From: Felis catus
Taxonomy: Eukaryota
Assembly (NCBI RefSeq): GCF_018350175.1
Contig: NC_058368.1
Coordinates: 56,670,001 to 56,734,000 of the forward strand
Direction of reading: 5' to 3'
DNA length: 64,000 bases
The notes under the pieces are model-generated. The model was not told the DNA's origin, searched no databases, and saw nothing but the letters and a program-made list of their open reading frames with translations. Positions 13,249 through 25,190 of the stretch are shown piece by piece. Position numbers and translations under genes: made by a program. Every line of letters starts with the position of its first letter. Position 1 is the first letter of the stretch.

Positions 13249-14718
13249 ATAAATTCAAGCATGACTCATGAAATAACTATGAAAAATAATTTTTGTTTAC
13301 CTCAAATTCAAATTACACTTGGCATCCTGTATATATTACAGCAACCCTACTCATATGGCATGAGAGGCAAAGCTGTCATTAACTCATGTACCAGACTATG
13401 AAGTTGTTCAGGGACAAATTCAGAAAGGAAAGGTGTTAAGCTGAAGAACAGTATTATGTCATTACTTTTTTAAAACAAGAGAAAGAGAAATTCAGATTTG
13501 AAATTTGAAGGAATAAGCCTGGTTGCTATGTTCAGAGAAACTAGAGGAAATAAGGGAGAATATAGAATACTAATGGCAAACTATTGAAACAGGCAAGATA
13601 AAATGTAGGTGGTTTTAACTGGAATGATGTCACAGGGATGATGACAAATATATCAGGCAAGTGGGATAGTAGAATCAATAGCAATTTGTAATTGTTACTT
13701 ATTAATTAAAATGAACAAATTTAATAAGATTACAATTAAACTGTTAGAATTTAAGGGAACTTAGCAAGTATCCTGGATGCAAGGTCACCGTGCAATTTCA
13801 ATTTTATTTTTAAAAAGCAAGTATAAACAATTCAAAAATGTAGTTTAAAAATGTGACATGTAGAGTCACACCATAATCACAACATCGCTAAAAATAAATC
13901 AAAATTTGGGTAAGATTTCTTTACAGAAAGATACAAAGCTTTTGAGAGTAGATAGAAAATGCCAAACTAAAATGCAGACACACATCCTATTTGTTGATTA
14001 GCAGCATTAATATTATAAAGTTGATATCTGTCCCCTCCTGAAATTATGATGCAACCCCAATCAAAATTTAAGCAGGTGTTTTTGTGAAAATGTACAAGTT
14101 GGTTCTTAAAAAATATGGAAATACAAGAGCCAAATATAGCGAAGGCAATCTTGAAAAAGTACACAGTGGTTGAATGTACTCTGCTGGATTTTAATACATG
14201 TATTAAAGTTAAAGTAGTTCAGAGAATTGGTATTGACACAAGAATAAACAAATAGATCGATGAAACAGAATAGAGTCCTGAAATGGAACCAAGTACATAT
14301 GGCTGTATTATTTAAAATGAGCTAGCCTTGCAGAATCGTTAGGATTATTCTTTTCAATAAAATGTTCTGGTCCAATAAATGTTCAATAAAGGATATCCAT
14401 ATGAAAAGCATGTAAAAACTGACATTTGGTTTACCACAAAATAAAAAACAGTAAGCTGGTCTTTAGATTTATATGTGAAACCAAAAGAAATAAAATATGT
14501 GGATGATAATGTATGAAGACACATTAATTATATTCATGGTAAGAAATTAAATAGGACACAAAAAATACCAAACATGACATGATTGTTCAACCTATTAAAA
14601 TTAAAAATATTTAAAATCAAAAGATACCATTAGCATAATGAAAAGATAAGTTGTAGAGTGAGAGAAGATATTTGCAACACATATATATAACCAACAAGAG
14701 GCTTATGTCTACTATATA

Positions 14719-14937
14719 TTTTTTATTTTTTTATTATTTCTTTAATGTTTATTTATTTTAGAGAGCAGAGTGTGAGTGGTGGAGGGGCAGAGACAAAGAG
14801 AGACACAGAATCCAAAGCAGGCCCCAGGCTCTGAGCTGTCAGCACAGAACCCAAAGCGGGGCTTGAACCCACGAACTGTGAGATCATGACCTGAGCCGAA
14901 GTCAGATGCTTAACTGACTGAGCCACCTAAGCGCCCC
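14719..14937 (-). mobile_element. SINEC_Fc2-like SINE
   Basis: Reverse-complement SINE ending 'gagccacctaagcgcccc'. Confidence 0.95.
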
Positions 14938-15772
14938 AAATGCTAATGTATTTTTAAAAGAATCCCTATATGAAAGAATTCATACATAAAAGGTAGAGAA
15001 CAAATAGAAAAAAGATAGATGTTAAGCAATCACTCTGCAAAGATAATATCCTAGTGGCCAATAAAAATATGAAAAGATAACCATTCTCATTTGTTGTGAG
15101 TGAAAAACAATTTAGTCACACTGAGATACCAGAATAGATACAGTTTTATAAAGTTAACAATCTTAAATTTTGGCATGGATTTGCAGTAACTGGCATTCTC
15201 AAACACTGCTGGTGGGAGTATACATTGGTACAAATGTAACTGGTACAAAAAAGAAATGTTATTGTTGCCTACTAGAATTGAAAATGCAAATTTATTATGA
15301 CTCATCAATTTTACTCTTATTTATAACCAACAGAAATCCATGTAAAGTTGCAATAAAAGACATTCACAAACATATTTATGGAAGTGTTATTTATAATAAT
15401 CCATAATGTGGAATAACTAAAATGTTCATCATATGGAAATTGACATTACATTTTATATATTCATTTCATATATATGTGTATATGTATATACATGCACACA
15501 CATTATGTAGATAGTACTATGTTTACTAGGTTTATATAGTTCATTTTAGGCAATGAAAAAAAGTGCTCCTACACACATACATACCCACACTTACACAGGT
15601 GCATGTCATAACTAAAAAGAATTAAATAAACCCTACCCACAAACATATTTATATAATTCAACTACATACAAGTGAAAAACAGCCCAGATTAGGCTATGAT
15701 GATAGAATTCAGGATAGTGAGAAATAAGGATCAAGGAATGTTCCAGTACTTGTCATCTTAATCCAGTTATTT

Positions 15773-16254
15773 GTTGCTACATAGTAAACGTGGCTCAAGG
15801 TGCCTCTTATTTTTTTCATAATTTTTTGGGTCAGGAGTTCAGAAATGACTTGAGTAGGTGGTGCAACTTTCACTGACATGGCCTCCGCAGGGTTGGCTAG
15901 GGATGGAAGGTTTACTTTTCAATTGATTGCTTTACTCAGTTTTCTTTGGGCCCATCCCCACTCCCATTAAGTCTCATTCTCCAGGGTTTTATTACATGGC
16001 TTTGACTTGTCATAATATGCATGTGTCAGAATTGTCAGACTTTTTACATGATAGCTGGCCTCCAAGAATAAGTCTTCGAAAAGATTAAAGCTGTAAGCTG
16101 CAGCTCTCTTAAGGCCTTGTGCAGAAGCTGACGCCAGCTTTATTTCTGCCATATAATATTGGCCAAAGTAATGATAGAGACCTCCCAATCTAAAAGAAAA
16201 GAGACATTTAATGGAAGAAGAAGAAAGAAAGTGTATTCCTTTGCATCCGCCACA
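15773..16254 (-). mobile_element. MaLR LTR (MLT1G/H-like)
   Basis: 'gttatttgttgctacatagtaaac', 'gggtcaggagttcag', 'ttctgccatataatattggccaaag', terminal 'ccgccaca'. Confidence 0.7.
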
Positions 16255-16614
16255 GGCAGCAACAATTGGGAAGAAGCTTAAAAGACGTTTATGGAATGCA
16301 ATTAGTATTTCATTTCTTTGTTGGAGTAATAGTTACATAGGTTTGTTCAATTTGTTTTAAATCATCAAGCTATAAGCTTAAACTCTGTTTTGCATATATA
16401 TGCTGTATTGTTTTAAAAGTTTTTTAAAAAAGAACAGGTGCTAGCTGAAGTTATTTTTAATGATAAAATATTAGATGGAAAACTTATTTGGGTTAAAATA
16501 CTAATTTTAAGGATGATGTAATAAGAGATTAAACTATTAAAATGAAAATTTGAACTATTAATGAATATTTGATGCCTCCAATATCATAGACATTTTTAAT
16601 AGTTAGATATTTTA

Positions 16615-16838
16615 TTTTTTAAAAAAAAATTTTTTCAACGTTTATTTATTTTTGGGACAGAGAGAGACAGAGCATAAACGGGGGAGGGGCAGAGAGAGAG
16701 GGAGACACAGAATCGGAAACAGGCTCCAGGCTCTGAGCCATCAGCCCAGAGCCTGACGCGGGGCTCGAACTAACGGACCGCGAGATCGTGACCTGGCTGA
16801 AGTCGGACGCTCAATCGACTGCACCACCCAGGCGCCCC
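16615..16838 (-). mobile_element. Young SINEC_Fc SINE
   Basis: Near-consensus and CpG-rich; perfect 17-bp TSD aatagttagatatttta (16598-16614 / 16839-16855). Confidence 0.98.
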
Positions 16839-16929
16839 AATAGTTAGATATTTTAAAGATACAGGAGGAAGAGAGAAAGGCATAGAGAGAGAGAAACAAG
16901 AAACAGAGAGAATGAAATTATAAAAATAA

Positions 16930-18157
16930 CAAAAAATCTGGAAAACATGGATTCCAGGATCAAATAGGAGATGAGAATTCATTCCTGAATATCAGGTATA
17001 GTGGCAAGAAGTTTAATAAATTATATGTATTTCTTCTATAAATTAGGAAAAAGTTTAAGATAATCACTAAAATTCCAAAATTTGGTGCAATGTGTAATTA
17101 TACAAATTTGAGAAGCTCAGCAACCCCTAAATGGGACAAATTCAAAGAACTAAATGTAGGCACACAACAGACAAACTCTTGAAAAACAATGATAAATAGA
17201 AAATCTTGAAATCAAGCAGAAAAAAATATATATCATTATACCAGGGGTATAATCTTCCAGTGACTGCAACTAGTAATCAAAAACCACGTAGATTAGCACA
17301 GCCTGCTTGGGATTCTCTCTCTTCCTCTCTCTCTGCCTCTCCTTCACTCGTGCACGCATGCTCCCTCTTATGCTCTCTCGCTCTCTCAAAGTAAAAATAA
17401 ATAAACTTAAAAAAAATCTACTTAGCCTAGAAAACTGCAGAACTCTAACACTGAAAGAAAAATGACAAAAAAACTCATTGCATAATTCTATATCCAGTAA
17501 AATATCCTTCAATAATGAAAATGAAATTAATATATTTTCCCATAAGGTTAATCTAAGATTATTTTTGTTACTATACCTAAACTTATAGTGAAGGACATTT
17601 TCAACTGTGAATGGAAATATTACCATGGTAAACTCATATTTTTAAAAATGAATGAACAGCATATCAAAGATAAATTGCCAGGTACATATGAAAAGAGTAG
17701 ATTTTTCTCCTATTTTCTTTAAAAACTACATAGCTATTAAATAAAAAATTATGACATTGTCTTGTTGATTTATAATATTGTAGATTTAATACATATGCCA
17801 ACTATGACATAGAAATAACATAAAAGGACCATGAAGGATGGAAATATATCTGTATGATTGAAAATTTCTGTTTTCTGTGAAGTAGTATGTTACCTCTCAG
17901 TTGACCGTAAAATTTAGAGATGCATACCATGCTATCTAGAACACCACAGAAATATGTAAGAATACATAACTAAAATCAATGGATATATTAAAATCGAATT
18001 CTAAGAAATTCAGGAAATTTAAAAAGATACATAAGGAGAAACAGAAGAAGAAAAGCTAGAGAGGATAAATAGAAAACAAACAATGCAAAGATAGACCTAT
18101 ATCAAACCATAGCAATAGTGGAATTAAATGTTAAGGGACTACATATTCCAATTAGGT
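16930..18157 (+). mobile_element. Ancient L1M ORF1 3' part, inter-ORF spacer and ORF2 start
   Basis: 'gaaaatcttgaaatcaagcaga', 'ataattctatatccagtaaaatatccttcaataatgaa', and the endonuclease-start-like 'gcaatagtggaattaaatgttaagggactacatattccaatta'. Confidence 0.7.
17296..17416 (+). mobile_element. 5'-truncated carnivore SINE
   Basis: Only 'gcctgcttgggattctctc', the CT tract and the A tail are present. Confidence 0.9.
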
Positions 18158-19281
18158 TATTGTTGAAGTCAGTAGACTCAATGGACTTTTTTTTTTCCTA
18201 TTATTTTTTTTCTTCCTTTCAATAAATCACAATGTAAACAATATATGTCTTTTATTCATATGAGTGGAAAAATAATAAAGTAATGTTTTTACTCTTACTG
18301 TTTTATTTCTTAAGCTAAGCAATTGTTTATAGAGATGTATGTGGTAGGCACTAAGGCAAAAAAAAAAAAAAAAAACTCCTTTAAAACTAATCAGTGTTTT
18401 TGTCAAAATGACAGCACATTTTCCCCCAAATTCAAAATCAATTGCTGCCTACTCAGCAATTATGCAAAAAGTTCAGGTGATTTACATTTTTGTTAGTCAA
18501 AATATAGTAAATAAATAATATAAATAATGCATTTTTTTCACAAAACACCATATGGATGGTAACAGAAATTTGTATAGTATGACAAGAATCCGAGACTAAC
18601 TTTCATGTAGTTAGCATGAAATAGTTGCAAAGATAAGCCAGACATAGAGCAATTCCATCCATTCATCTAATTTGGAGAAAATCTCCTTTTTGAATTTCTT
18701 CTCAAATTTTGTTCTTTTATGTAACACTTGTGTCTTCTATATTACTAATGTTAACACTTACTCTAATCTGTAACTGATTTTTCTATAATTTGCTCTTCCT
18801 CTCTCTGAATGCTTAGTCAGCATCATCATTGTTGGAAATAAACTAGCCCTTAGAATTCTTATTCAAACTTTGAATAAGTAATTATCATCTTTAAGTAAAA
18901 TACATGGTTTTCAGATTCATCTGATGCTTTTGGAGATCCTTTATGATGTAAAATATAAGTATATATTAAAAAAAACTTTTACTTTGATGTTTTCAGTGTT
19001 GCCTTCTTAAAATGAAAGAGGAGGAAAACAAGTGGAAAATAGTTTATAGAGGTTTTACTTTGTATGCTAGTTACATATATTGCCTCAATAATTACCCTAA
19101 TACCTTGGAATAATGTATAGGAACACAAATTATATTTTTAAAAGACTCTCATATTCCTACTTACCAGAAGTAAAAGGTAGACTTTTACTTTATTGTGAAT
19201 ATAACAATGTAAAATACTGTATTAATGATATGAGATGCTAAGAACTACAATGGTTATGATGATCTTTTATATGCATATATA

Positions 19282-19477
19282 TAATGTTTGTTTACTTATT
19301 TTTGAGAGATAGAGAGAGATGGGGGAAGGACAGAGAGAGGGAGACAAAGAATCCCAAGTAGCCTCTGCATTGTCGGTGCAGAGCCTGATGTGGAGCTGGA
19401 TCCCAAGAATGGTGAGATAATGATCTCAGCTGAAATCAAGAGTCAGATGCTTAACGACTGAGCCACCCAGGTGCCCC
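19282..19477 (-). mobile_element. Carnivore SINE
   Basis: Reverse-complement SINE ending 'gagccacccaggtgcccc'. Confidence 0.95.
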
Positions 19478-19599
19478 TCCCCTTATATATTTAATACCTC
19501 AATAATCTATATGGTGACTCCCTTGATTATGTTGTTATTGTTTTGTTATGTAGGCAGGGTTGGAGCATCAATTATCAAAGTCTTTATTAAGAAATCATC

Positions 19600-19827
19600 G
19601 GGGCGCCTGGGTGGCGCAGTCGGTTAAGCGTCCGACTTCAGCCAGGTCACGATCTCGCGGTCCGTGAGTTCGAGCCCCGCGTCAGGCTCTGGGCTGATGG
19701 CTCGGAGCCTGGAGCCTGTTTCCGATTCTGTGTCTCCCTCTCTCTCTGCCCCTCCCCCGTTCATGCTCTGTCTCTCTCTGTCCCAAAAATAAATAAAAAC
19801 GTTAAAAAAAAATAAAAAAAAAAAAAA
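19600..19827 (+). mobile_element. Young SINEC_Fc SINE
   Basis: Near-consensus, ~16 intact CpGs, long A tail; perfect 11-bp TSD aagaaatcatc (19589-19599 / 19828-19838). Confidence 0.98.
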
Positions 19828-20794
19828 AAGAAATCATCATATTCATTTATTTTCATCTGACAGTGTCTGAATTGTGAGTTTATGGTCAGTCTGCTGATGA
19901 TGCTCCAGAGCAAGTTTCAGATTGTTCAGCTATAGTTTTCTCCTCTTATCATCCTAATGTTGTGGGATCCTTTCAAGGATAATCTCAATTCATTCCTATT
20001 CCTCCCACTTTGTATACAAAAGTCAGCAGACAGACTATACTTCACTCTGGGCCTTAGCACTCTTTTTAACAAAACATCACCAACACTTACATGTAATAGC
20101 AACAAATAATTTATTAGAAGAGGTCGTATACTGAGACAATGAACTCAAACTGGATCTCTTCTTGGTTCTAGTAAGTTTCTATGTGATTGTGTCCAGCTAA
20201 ACTTTTTAAATATTAATTTCCCTGTGTATCAATTTTTTCACTGTTTTTCAAACTTCTCAAAGGCTATTCACATCCAACCCCTTGAAAATGGTAGAGCTCA
20301 TTCCTTCTTATTGTTCATAGTTTGTCTTGTTTCATTATTTAAAATTGTAGACTTTTTAGGATATTTGAGAGTGAAACCTAACTTTCCTTTCAATGAAAAT
20401 CCCTCCATATAAGCAAAAGACTTTCTGACTTAGTAGCATATACAAAGGCTCTAAGAATACATGTTGGATTCCCCAAAGTCTAGTTAATATGCTCCTAAAT
20501 AACATACTAATGTATAAATTCACCCTTCCATAACATATTTGATGAGCAAAGATTGGGCCACGTTTTTTGACATTTTTCTTTAGTAGAAAGTGAAAAAAAA
20601 ATTAGTTCTCACCTGCTGTTGTCTTATCCTGCCAGTAACCAAATAAAATAGAAGTTCTTAAATGGGAATAATTACATCTTTGGTAATAATAAAAACATTC
20701 GGGCATAGTGAATATAAGGGTTTTTAATTTTTTTTAACAGAATGACATTTTTTAAGAGCTTCACAGACCTAATTCCCAGTGAAACTGGTCAATA

Positions 20795-21042
20795 TTTATT
20801 TATTTATTTGTTTATTTATTTGTTTATTTATTTATTTATTTATTTATTTATTTTAATGTTTTATTTTATTTTTGAGAGAGAGAGTGAATGTGACCTTGGG
20901 AGGGGCAGAGAGAAGGGAATAGAGGATCTGAAGTGGGCTCTGTGCTGACAACAGCAAGCCCAATGTGGAGCTGCAACTCATGAATCAGATCATGGCCTGA
21001 GTTGAGTTGGACACTTAACCCACTGAGCCACAATGGCACCCC
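20795..21042 (-). mobile_element. Carnivore SINE with an expanded (TTTA)n tail
   Basis: Reverse-complement SINE; tail is a (TTTA)n microsatellite at 20795-20853. Confidence 0.93.
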
Positions 21043-21059
21043 GGTCAAAGTTATTTTGA

Positions 21060-21196
21060 AAACATAATTTGATGACATCCTTCTATTTATTCGTGTCTGT
21101 TTTAATTTTTCATCACTATTTTTACACTTTTCAATGTAGAAGTCTTTCACCTCCTTGATTAGGTTTATTCTTGAATATTTTACTCTTTTTGATGCA
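21060..21196 (-). mobile_element. L1 ORF2 fragment
   Basis: 'aagtctttcacctccttgattaggtttattcttgaatattttactctttttgatgca' is a typical antisense L1 ORF2 motif. Confidence 0.7.
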
Positions 21197-21251
21197 CGAC
21201 TCCACTTATATCAGGTGTCTGAAGTAGTCAAACCTATAGAAGCAGAAAATT

Positions 21252-21530
21252 AAAGCCGCTAAGGCTGGCTCATTCTTTACGTGGAGACTGCATACTAGAA
21301 GAGACCATTTTGAGAATGGGAAACTGAAGGACTCCGTAAGAATCTGATTTGTGTTTCTTTTTTTCTTCTGTTTTTGCTAGGACCTGCATGTCCGCCCCAC
21401 TTTACATATGCCCCATAATGCAGTTAGAATATGTCCTCCTTGTAAAGGACCAGAGTTAATGATTTCTTTAGAATAGATAACATCTAAGGAAGACCATGTG
21501 AGAATGACTGGACAGTGCATATTCTAGACC
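21252..21530 (+). mobile_element. Probable ERV LTR fragment
   Basis: Higher-GC block with LTR-U3-like motifs ('gaccattttgagaatggg', 'ccttgtaaaggaccagagttaatgatttctt'); family and strand not firmly identified. Confidence 0.4.
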
Positions 21531-21732
21531 CAAATTTGAGGAAAAATGTTAGTCTACACTTCCAAGTAGATCGACAAATCCAAGTAGAATAAAGCAAACA
21601 CATCATGTTAAAAGTTGTGAAAAGCCATAATAAAGCAAAACATATGAAAGTAGCCAGTGAAAAATGACTCTCTACTTACAAATGATCCCCAATAAAGACA
21701 GCAGCTAACTCTTGTCAAAAGTAGGGGAAGTT

Positions 21733-21860
21733 GGTGTGCCTGGGTGGCTGAGTTGATTAAGCATCTGACTTTTGATTTCAGCTTAACTCATGATCTCACG
21801 ATTCATGGGATCAAGCACAATGTTGGGCTCTATGCTGGGATTATCTATCTGCTCCTACCC

Positions 21861-21902
<42 letters not shown>

Positions 21903-21915
21903 GTAAACATTAAAA
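21733..21915 (+). mobile_element. Carnivore SINE with an internal deletion
   Basis: Head, (CT)n, A tail; TSD aaaagtaggggaagt / aaaagtagtggaagt. Confidence 0.93.
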
Positions 21916-22213
21916 AAAAGTAGTGGAAGTAATTAGAAAGTATATTCAAAGTCCTGCAAAAACAAAACAAAACAAAAAAAAAACCTGTCAATGAAGTATC
22001 CTGCATCTAGCAGAGAAACATTACAAGAAATACTAAAAGAAGGTCTTCAGGCTGAACAAAAGTAAATCCAGACAGATATTCAAATCTACAGACACACATA
22101 AAAACAGAACTAGTAAAGGCAATTATGAAATTATGAGAGACAGTATATATACCTGCATATATTTCTCTAAATTGAATTAAAACCAATTTAATAAATATAA
22201 ATATATGTGTGGT

Positions 22214-22214
<1 letters not shown>

Positions 22215-22259
<45 letters not shown>
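22215..22259. repeat. (TAGA)n tetranucleotide STR, ~11 units
   Basis: Perfect repeat. Confidence 0.97.
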
Positions 22260-23146
22260 GTAATTGTTGGGCCAGTCATAGCCCAAAGAAGGCAATGAGA
22301 GCAAAGGTGTATTGGGCTCTGTAAATGACAGCAAAGGGTAACTTGGATTCGTAGGAATAAATGGTGGTAACTACAAATGATAAATAAGAAGGTCATTGGT
22401 ACAAACACCAAAAGTATATATTACTCTCTTTTCTTCTTGTGATGTCTTTTGCCTAATCACTATTTTGTAGATGGGAAACTAATGTAAAATGGTATGTCAA
22501 CTGCACTCTAATAATAACAATTTAAAAAACATGATTATAAAATAATAGTAAAAACATTATGTTGGGTTTATTAAATGTTGCAATATTTATAATATTAATA
22601 GCCCAAAACGAAGAGGGGAGAAGTAGAGCCATGCAAGAGTAATGTTTCTGAATCTCACTGGAATTAAATCAATAGAAACTTGAAGTAGATTTTGATAAGT
22701 TAATATATACATGTAAATTCTTGAGCAACCATAGGGAAATGGGCAAAGTATATATAGTAAATCAGAGTTTTTGAAGCTGAAGAGCTTCAATATAACCTAA
22801 GCTTCAAAATAACCTAAGTTGCGCTATTTTACAGAGTATGTTGCTGTTATTTTGCTTTTCAAATTACACTTCAAAATAGAATAATTATCAAATAACTGAT
22901 TCTGAAGCACCAAATTTTCTCATTTTTCCATATAAAGTATTTCCATAAGAACTGCTTTTAGTGATTAGTGGCCCAGCAAATGACATTCCACAGGGGAAAA
23001 CCAAAATCTGCCTTGAAAACAAATTGCTATTTCCATTCTAGAATGCAAGGACTGCTTGTTTCTCAGATACCTTTCGTTTTTTCAAGCTTCATAATTTATT
23101 ATCAAGAAAACCCACTACAATGGCTAGAATTCAAACAAAACAAAAC

Positions 23147-23371
23147 TTTTTTTTTTAATTTTTTTTTTCAACGTTTATTTATTTTTGGGACAGAGAGAGA
23201 CAGAGCATGAATGGGGGAGGGGCAGAGAGAGAGGAAGACACAGAATTGGAAACAGGCTCCAGGCTCTGAGCCATCAGCCCAGAGCCTGACGCGGGGCTCG
23301 AACTCCCGGACCGCGAGATCGTGACCTGGCTGAAGTCGGACGCTTAACCGACTGCGCCACCCAGGCGCCCC
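23147..23371 (-). mobile_element. Young SINEC_Fc SINE
   Basis: Near-consensus and CpG-rich; TSD aaaacaaaact on both sides. Confidence 0.98.
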
Positions 23372-23648
23372 AAAAACAAAACTCTTAATAATAAGTGTTG
23401 TAAAATATGTTCAGTATGTGCACTACATATGTAATTGTTCTAAGAATATAAATTGTTGCAAGCCCTTTGGAAACCCATTTGTGAATAACTATTAAAGACC
23501 AATATATGTATAACCTATGGCTTAAAAAACATTTACTCCCAGATATATCTCTAAGAGAAATACATAAATATATACACTAAAACACATGTATTAGAATGTT
23601 CAAAACAACATTCATAAAGCTTCAAAATGGAAATATTCAAATTCCTAT

Positions 23649-24045
23649 TGTCATATTGCTTTTCCTATTGTCATATTGCTATTTAGAAATAGCAAAATGA
23701 AGATCACTAGATCAATAAAACAATATTTAGTAAGAGTTTATTATGCATGTAAGAACAGTTCGTGAACTGGGAACATTCAAACCCAAATCTGAAAGGAAGC
23801 TTAGAGACATGATGTTACAGAAAGGCTTATAAAGTAGAAATGAGGAAGTTGCTTAACTTTTACAATGATTGGTTAGTTATTACAATGGGGTTTCCATATG
23901 ACAGGGGATTGGTTAAAGCGATTATCTCATATCATTTTTGAGAGAGAGAGGGAGCACAAGTGAGGGAGATGCGGAGAGAGAGAGAATCCCAGGAAGGGCA
24001 GAAAGAGAGAGAGAGAAGGAGAGAGAGAGGGGAGAGAGAGGAGAG

Positions 24046-24086
<41 letters not shown>

Positions 24087-24386
24087 GCAGAAGGAGAGGG
24101 AGAAAGGGCTCACCTGATGCGGGACACGAGCTCACCAACCATGAGATTATAACCTGAGTGGAAGTCAGGTGCTTAACAACTGACCCACCGAGGCACACTC
24201 TCATATCATTTTTAAAAAGGATGACTTAAGTTTATTTTATGATAATTAGAGACATTTACAAGAAATAACCTAAGTTATGCTATATTGATGAAATAAGCTA
24301 GAGTTAGTTTTGCTTGACTGGCTTAATGGGTTTTGTCTGCTCAGGGAATTCTCAAGTCCAATGAACATTTTTATTTAATTTTAACC
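23649..24386 (-). mobile_element. Solo ERV1-class LTR containing a SINE
   Basis: Interrupts the L1 at a 'ctat' TSD; on the minus strand two CCAAT boxes (23908-23912, 23868-23872), then a TATA-like box (~23827-23833), then AATAAA (23737-23742). Confidence 0.7.
23940..24198 (-). mobile_element. Variant carnivore SINE with two CT tracts and essentially no A tail
   Basis: tRNA-like head at the right end; perfect 15-bp TSD tctcatatcattttt (23925-23939 / 24199-24213). Confidence 0.92.
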
Positions 24387-25084
24387 CTATCAACAGTAGA
24401 GTAGATTAAAACAATAATTGAGCTTTATTCATACAATTAAACGTGATTCTGAAATATAAAGTAACATCATAGATGAATCTCAACAAAGTAATATTACTTG
24501 AATAAAGCCAGACAGAAAAGAGAACATATTGAGATTACTATGTCTATAAAGTGTTCAAAATAAGATGGTAATTAGTAAAGAGGTAATGATAGATTAGGGA
24601 CAAGTCAATATGCATAGGGTGAGTAGAAGTAGGTACACAGGTGTTTTTATAAAAATTTTCTGAGCTGTGTACTTAATATATGTGTGCTTTACACTACAAA
24701 CATTATATAAATAAATATTATATAAACATTATTATAAATAAAAAGAACCTTTGAATATATGATATTATTTCTACTAGGAATACTAGTGTCTTGTAATATA
24801 GTTTCTCATTATTCTTGATATAGCAGGGATAAAAATCTTAAAAAAGGAAAGTGAGACATTCTATTGTATAGAAAGAGGAAAAAGGCATAAAGTTTTAGTT
24901 AATAGTAAAAATATTTAAGAAATAAAATCAGAAAGTGGTCAATTTAGCTGACTTACTATAATTACGTTATAATGAGGAAAATCACAAATTAAACACACAG
25001 TCAATAAAAATACCACATACATAATTTAATAAATTATACATTTAGGGAAGAATAGAGAGAAACATACGAGGGTTTTTTTTCCCC

Positions 25085-25190
25085 CTCATTCATCATTTCA
25101 AGTACAAATACTTGTTAATAGCCTCCTATATTCTTGCAAGTATTCTAGATGCTAGAGATACAACAACTGTTAAAAATGGCTTTATTCTAT
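25085..25190 (-). mobile_element. L2 3'-end relic
   Basis: 'cattcatcatt...aaatacttgttaatagcctcctatatt...gtattctagatgctagagataca'. Confidence 0.55.

Larger units (their letters stand above)
13720..16430 (+). mobile_element. Ancient L1M (L1MC/ME-like) ORF2 3' half and 3'UTR, interrupted by a SINE and an MLT1
   Basis: Degenerate ORF2 motifs ('aaatagatcgatgaaacagaatagagtcctgaaat', 'gagaagatatttgcaacac', 'cactgctggtgggagtatacattggtac') and 3'UTR motifs. Confidence 0.8.
21540..22760 (+). mobile_element. Ancient L1M ORF1 3' part and inter-ORF region, with SINE and STR insertions
   Basis: 'aaagtagccagtgaaaaatgac', 'aaagtatattcaaagtcctgcaaa...cctgtcaatgaagtatcctgcatctagca', 'ttacaagaaatactaaaagaaggtcttcaggctgaa'. 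Confidence 0.7.
23385..24745 (+). mobile_element. Ancient L1M ORF2 end and 3'UTR, interrupted by an LTR
   Basis: 'aataagtgttgtaaaatatg', 'tttactcccagatatatctctaagagaaat', 'aaatattcaaattcctat|caacagtagagtagatt', 'catagatgaatctcaac'. Confidence 0.7.

Noticed and set aside
19600..19680. tRNA gene (A/B-box-like sequence) or small CpG island
   Set aside because: This is the tRNA-derived head of a young SINEC_Fc; the CpGs reflect recent insertion. The same applies to the other SINE heads.
22007..22411. Longest ORF in the track (134 aa, minus strand)
   Set aside because: Antisense to a decayed L1 and runs through the (TAGA)n STR (IYLS repeats).
22809..22827. Short match 'aataacctaagtt..gcta' to the LTR at ~24263
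   Set aside because: Too short and AT-rich to distinguish from chance; the local copy is part of an 18-bp tandem duplication.
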